Source: Mobula hypostoma (Eukaryota). From it: a stretch of DNA of 64,000 nucleotides. Numbering within the stretch: position 1 is the stretch's first letter; the number at the start of each line of letters is the position of its first letter. Positions 62,550 through 64,000 of the stretch are shown here, piece by piece. The translations under genes and the position numbers were made by a program. Under the pieces are notes generated by a model. That model ran no database searches, had not been told where the DNA came from, and worked only from the letters and a program-made list of their open reading frames with translations. The stretch is from contig NC_086097.1 in assembly GCF_963921235.1 (NCBI RefSeq), forward strand, positions 54,748,001-54,812,000. Direction: 5' to 3'.

Positions 62550-64000
62550 CTGCAGATGATAGTGAAAATAAAAATCATAACCTGATTTAATTTTAAGTGA
62601 TTTGTGTGTAGCCTAATCTTATCTTCCAATTCAGCAGCACTGCGGTTCTAATAAATACAGACAACATTTATACACTCGATACTCATTATTATGACCATGT
62701 TATGGATCTGCAGGAATAGATAGCAATCTCTTGTGATTAAAGGGACAGAGAAATAGTGGAACTTTTAAGTTGAATGTTACTTTATAAAGACGGTACAATG
62801 GCAGTAAAATAATTAAATTACAAGCTTGTTTTTGGCCTCATATGTGCCCATATTTTGGAACCCCCAGCATTAGGTGATTTCCTCATCACACCAAGGTCAT
62901 TCTCTGTGATGCTATCAATGGAACATTTCAGACTGGGAATGTCCAAATTTTGAAACCAGCATGCCACAGGCATTGTCCCGACTTTTTTTTTGCAGTGAGA
63001 ATGAGTATTTTAGCTCAGGTTAAAATTGAGGACCACATCCCAAATGGTAGGAATGGTTAAATTAACATAATAAAATTAAAAAATACATTGTTTTGCCCAG
63101 GCCAAGAATTCAGACAGCTCTGTAAAATGGACATGATTTTCGGAGGCTGCAACATGTGAAAGGGATTTAACAGTAGGTTGCAATGGTAGAGTGATGATAA
63201 CAACAGCTTTAAGGAGAGAAAAATAGAACCTTACGATAGAGAATATTAAAAATATTGATTGAAGTTAGTGGTCAGTCGTCCAGTGGGAATAACATTGAGG
63301 AAGTCAAAAGTAAGACTTATGAACTAGATAAATTTGTAGAATGCTTGAGAACAGATGGGGCAGAAACTGAAATAAAACACAAGGTTGAGCTTAGCATTGG
63401 AGGAATATTTGTCTTTTGCTTACTAGTTATGGGAATTAAGTTAAGTGGAAAAGGCAGCAGACAGAAAATCACATTTCAACTATGTAAAAGAAAACAAAGT
63501 CTTCTGATCTTCAAGACATAAACTTTTCTTTGTAATTATTGTTGACAACACAATGAAAAATATGTCAAGTTTTACTAAATTATAGATTATTAAATCAAAT
63601 TTCAGTTTTTGAACAGATAACTCAGTCGTTAGTGTTAAACATAATTTATCCATTGGCATCAAATCAAGACATATTGTGAAGTGGGTTTTCAAAGTACAAC
63701 GGTGAAGCTTCTGCCAATTGTTTCCGATAATACTTTCTGGATACAAGAAGAAATAGAAACATTTCCAGGATTTTCAGATGGTGATCTATTTCTGTAAAAG
63801 AATTCATAATTATGTGTGAGTGTAAATTCCGGTAGTAAACAAAAGATTGAAAAATATTTGGCTTTACACTGACATTGAAATAGTATAAATATTAATGGCA
63901 TTCCAAGAACAAATAGATGAAAGGAAGAATAAAGCCGATAAAAGATAAATACTACTATAACATGAAGCTATACAAACAATAAAAGTGAATGGTGATTAAT

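Noticed and set aside
1..64000. CRISPR arrays, rRNA or genuine tRNA genes
   Set aside because: None seen; the A/B boxes belong to SINE heads, and the repeats are dispersed TE copies.

Overview
Vertebrate genomic DNA, most likely a cartilaginous fish (inferred from the CR1/Penelope/Rex1/V-SINE repeat content; the taxon cannot be proven from the window). Host genes: the 5' end of WDHD1 (minus; exons at ~24338-24400, 9997-10082 and 2850-2961) lies head-to-head with SOCS4 (plus; single coding exon 40252-41604). The two share a CpG-rich promoter with a double E2F site. A third, unrecognised multi-exon gene appears to end on the minus strand at 52947, converging on SOCS4. Most of the rest is transposable elements: a full-length but decayed Gypsy LTR element, CR1, L1-like, Nimb/I-like, Rex1 and RTE LINEs, tRNA-derived SINEs, and Tc1 and Tigger DNA transposons. 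The most striking system is a young Penelope-like (Neptune-type, RT + GIY-YIG) family. It carries a 36-nt minimal hammerhead ribozyme present as six identical copies, makes 13-bp target duplications, and repeatedly forms inverted-repeat insertions, from 235-bp ribozyme palindromes to a 1.33-kb fold-back. Two sense-strand ribozymes lie in the predicted SOCS4 first intron. All alignments and splice models were made by eye.
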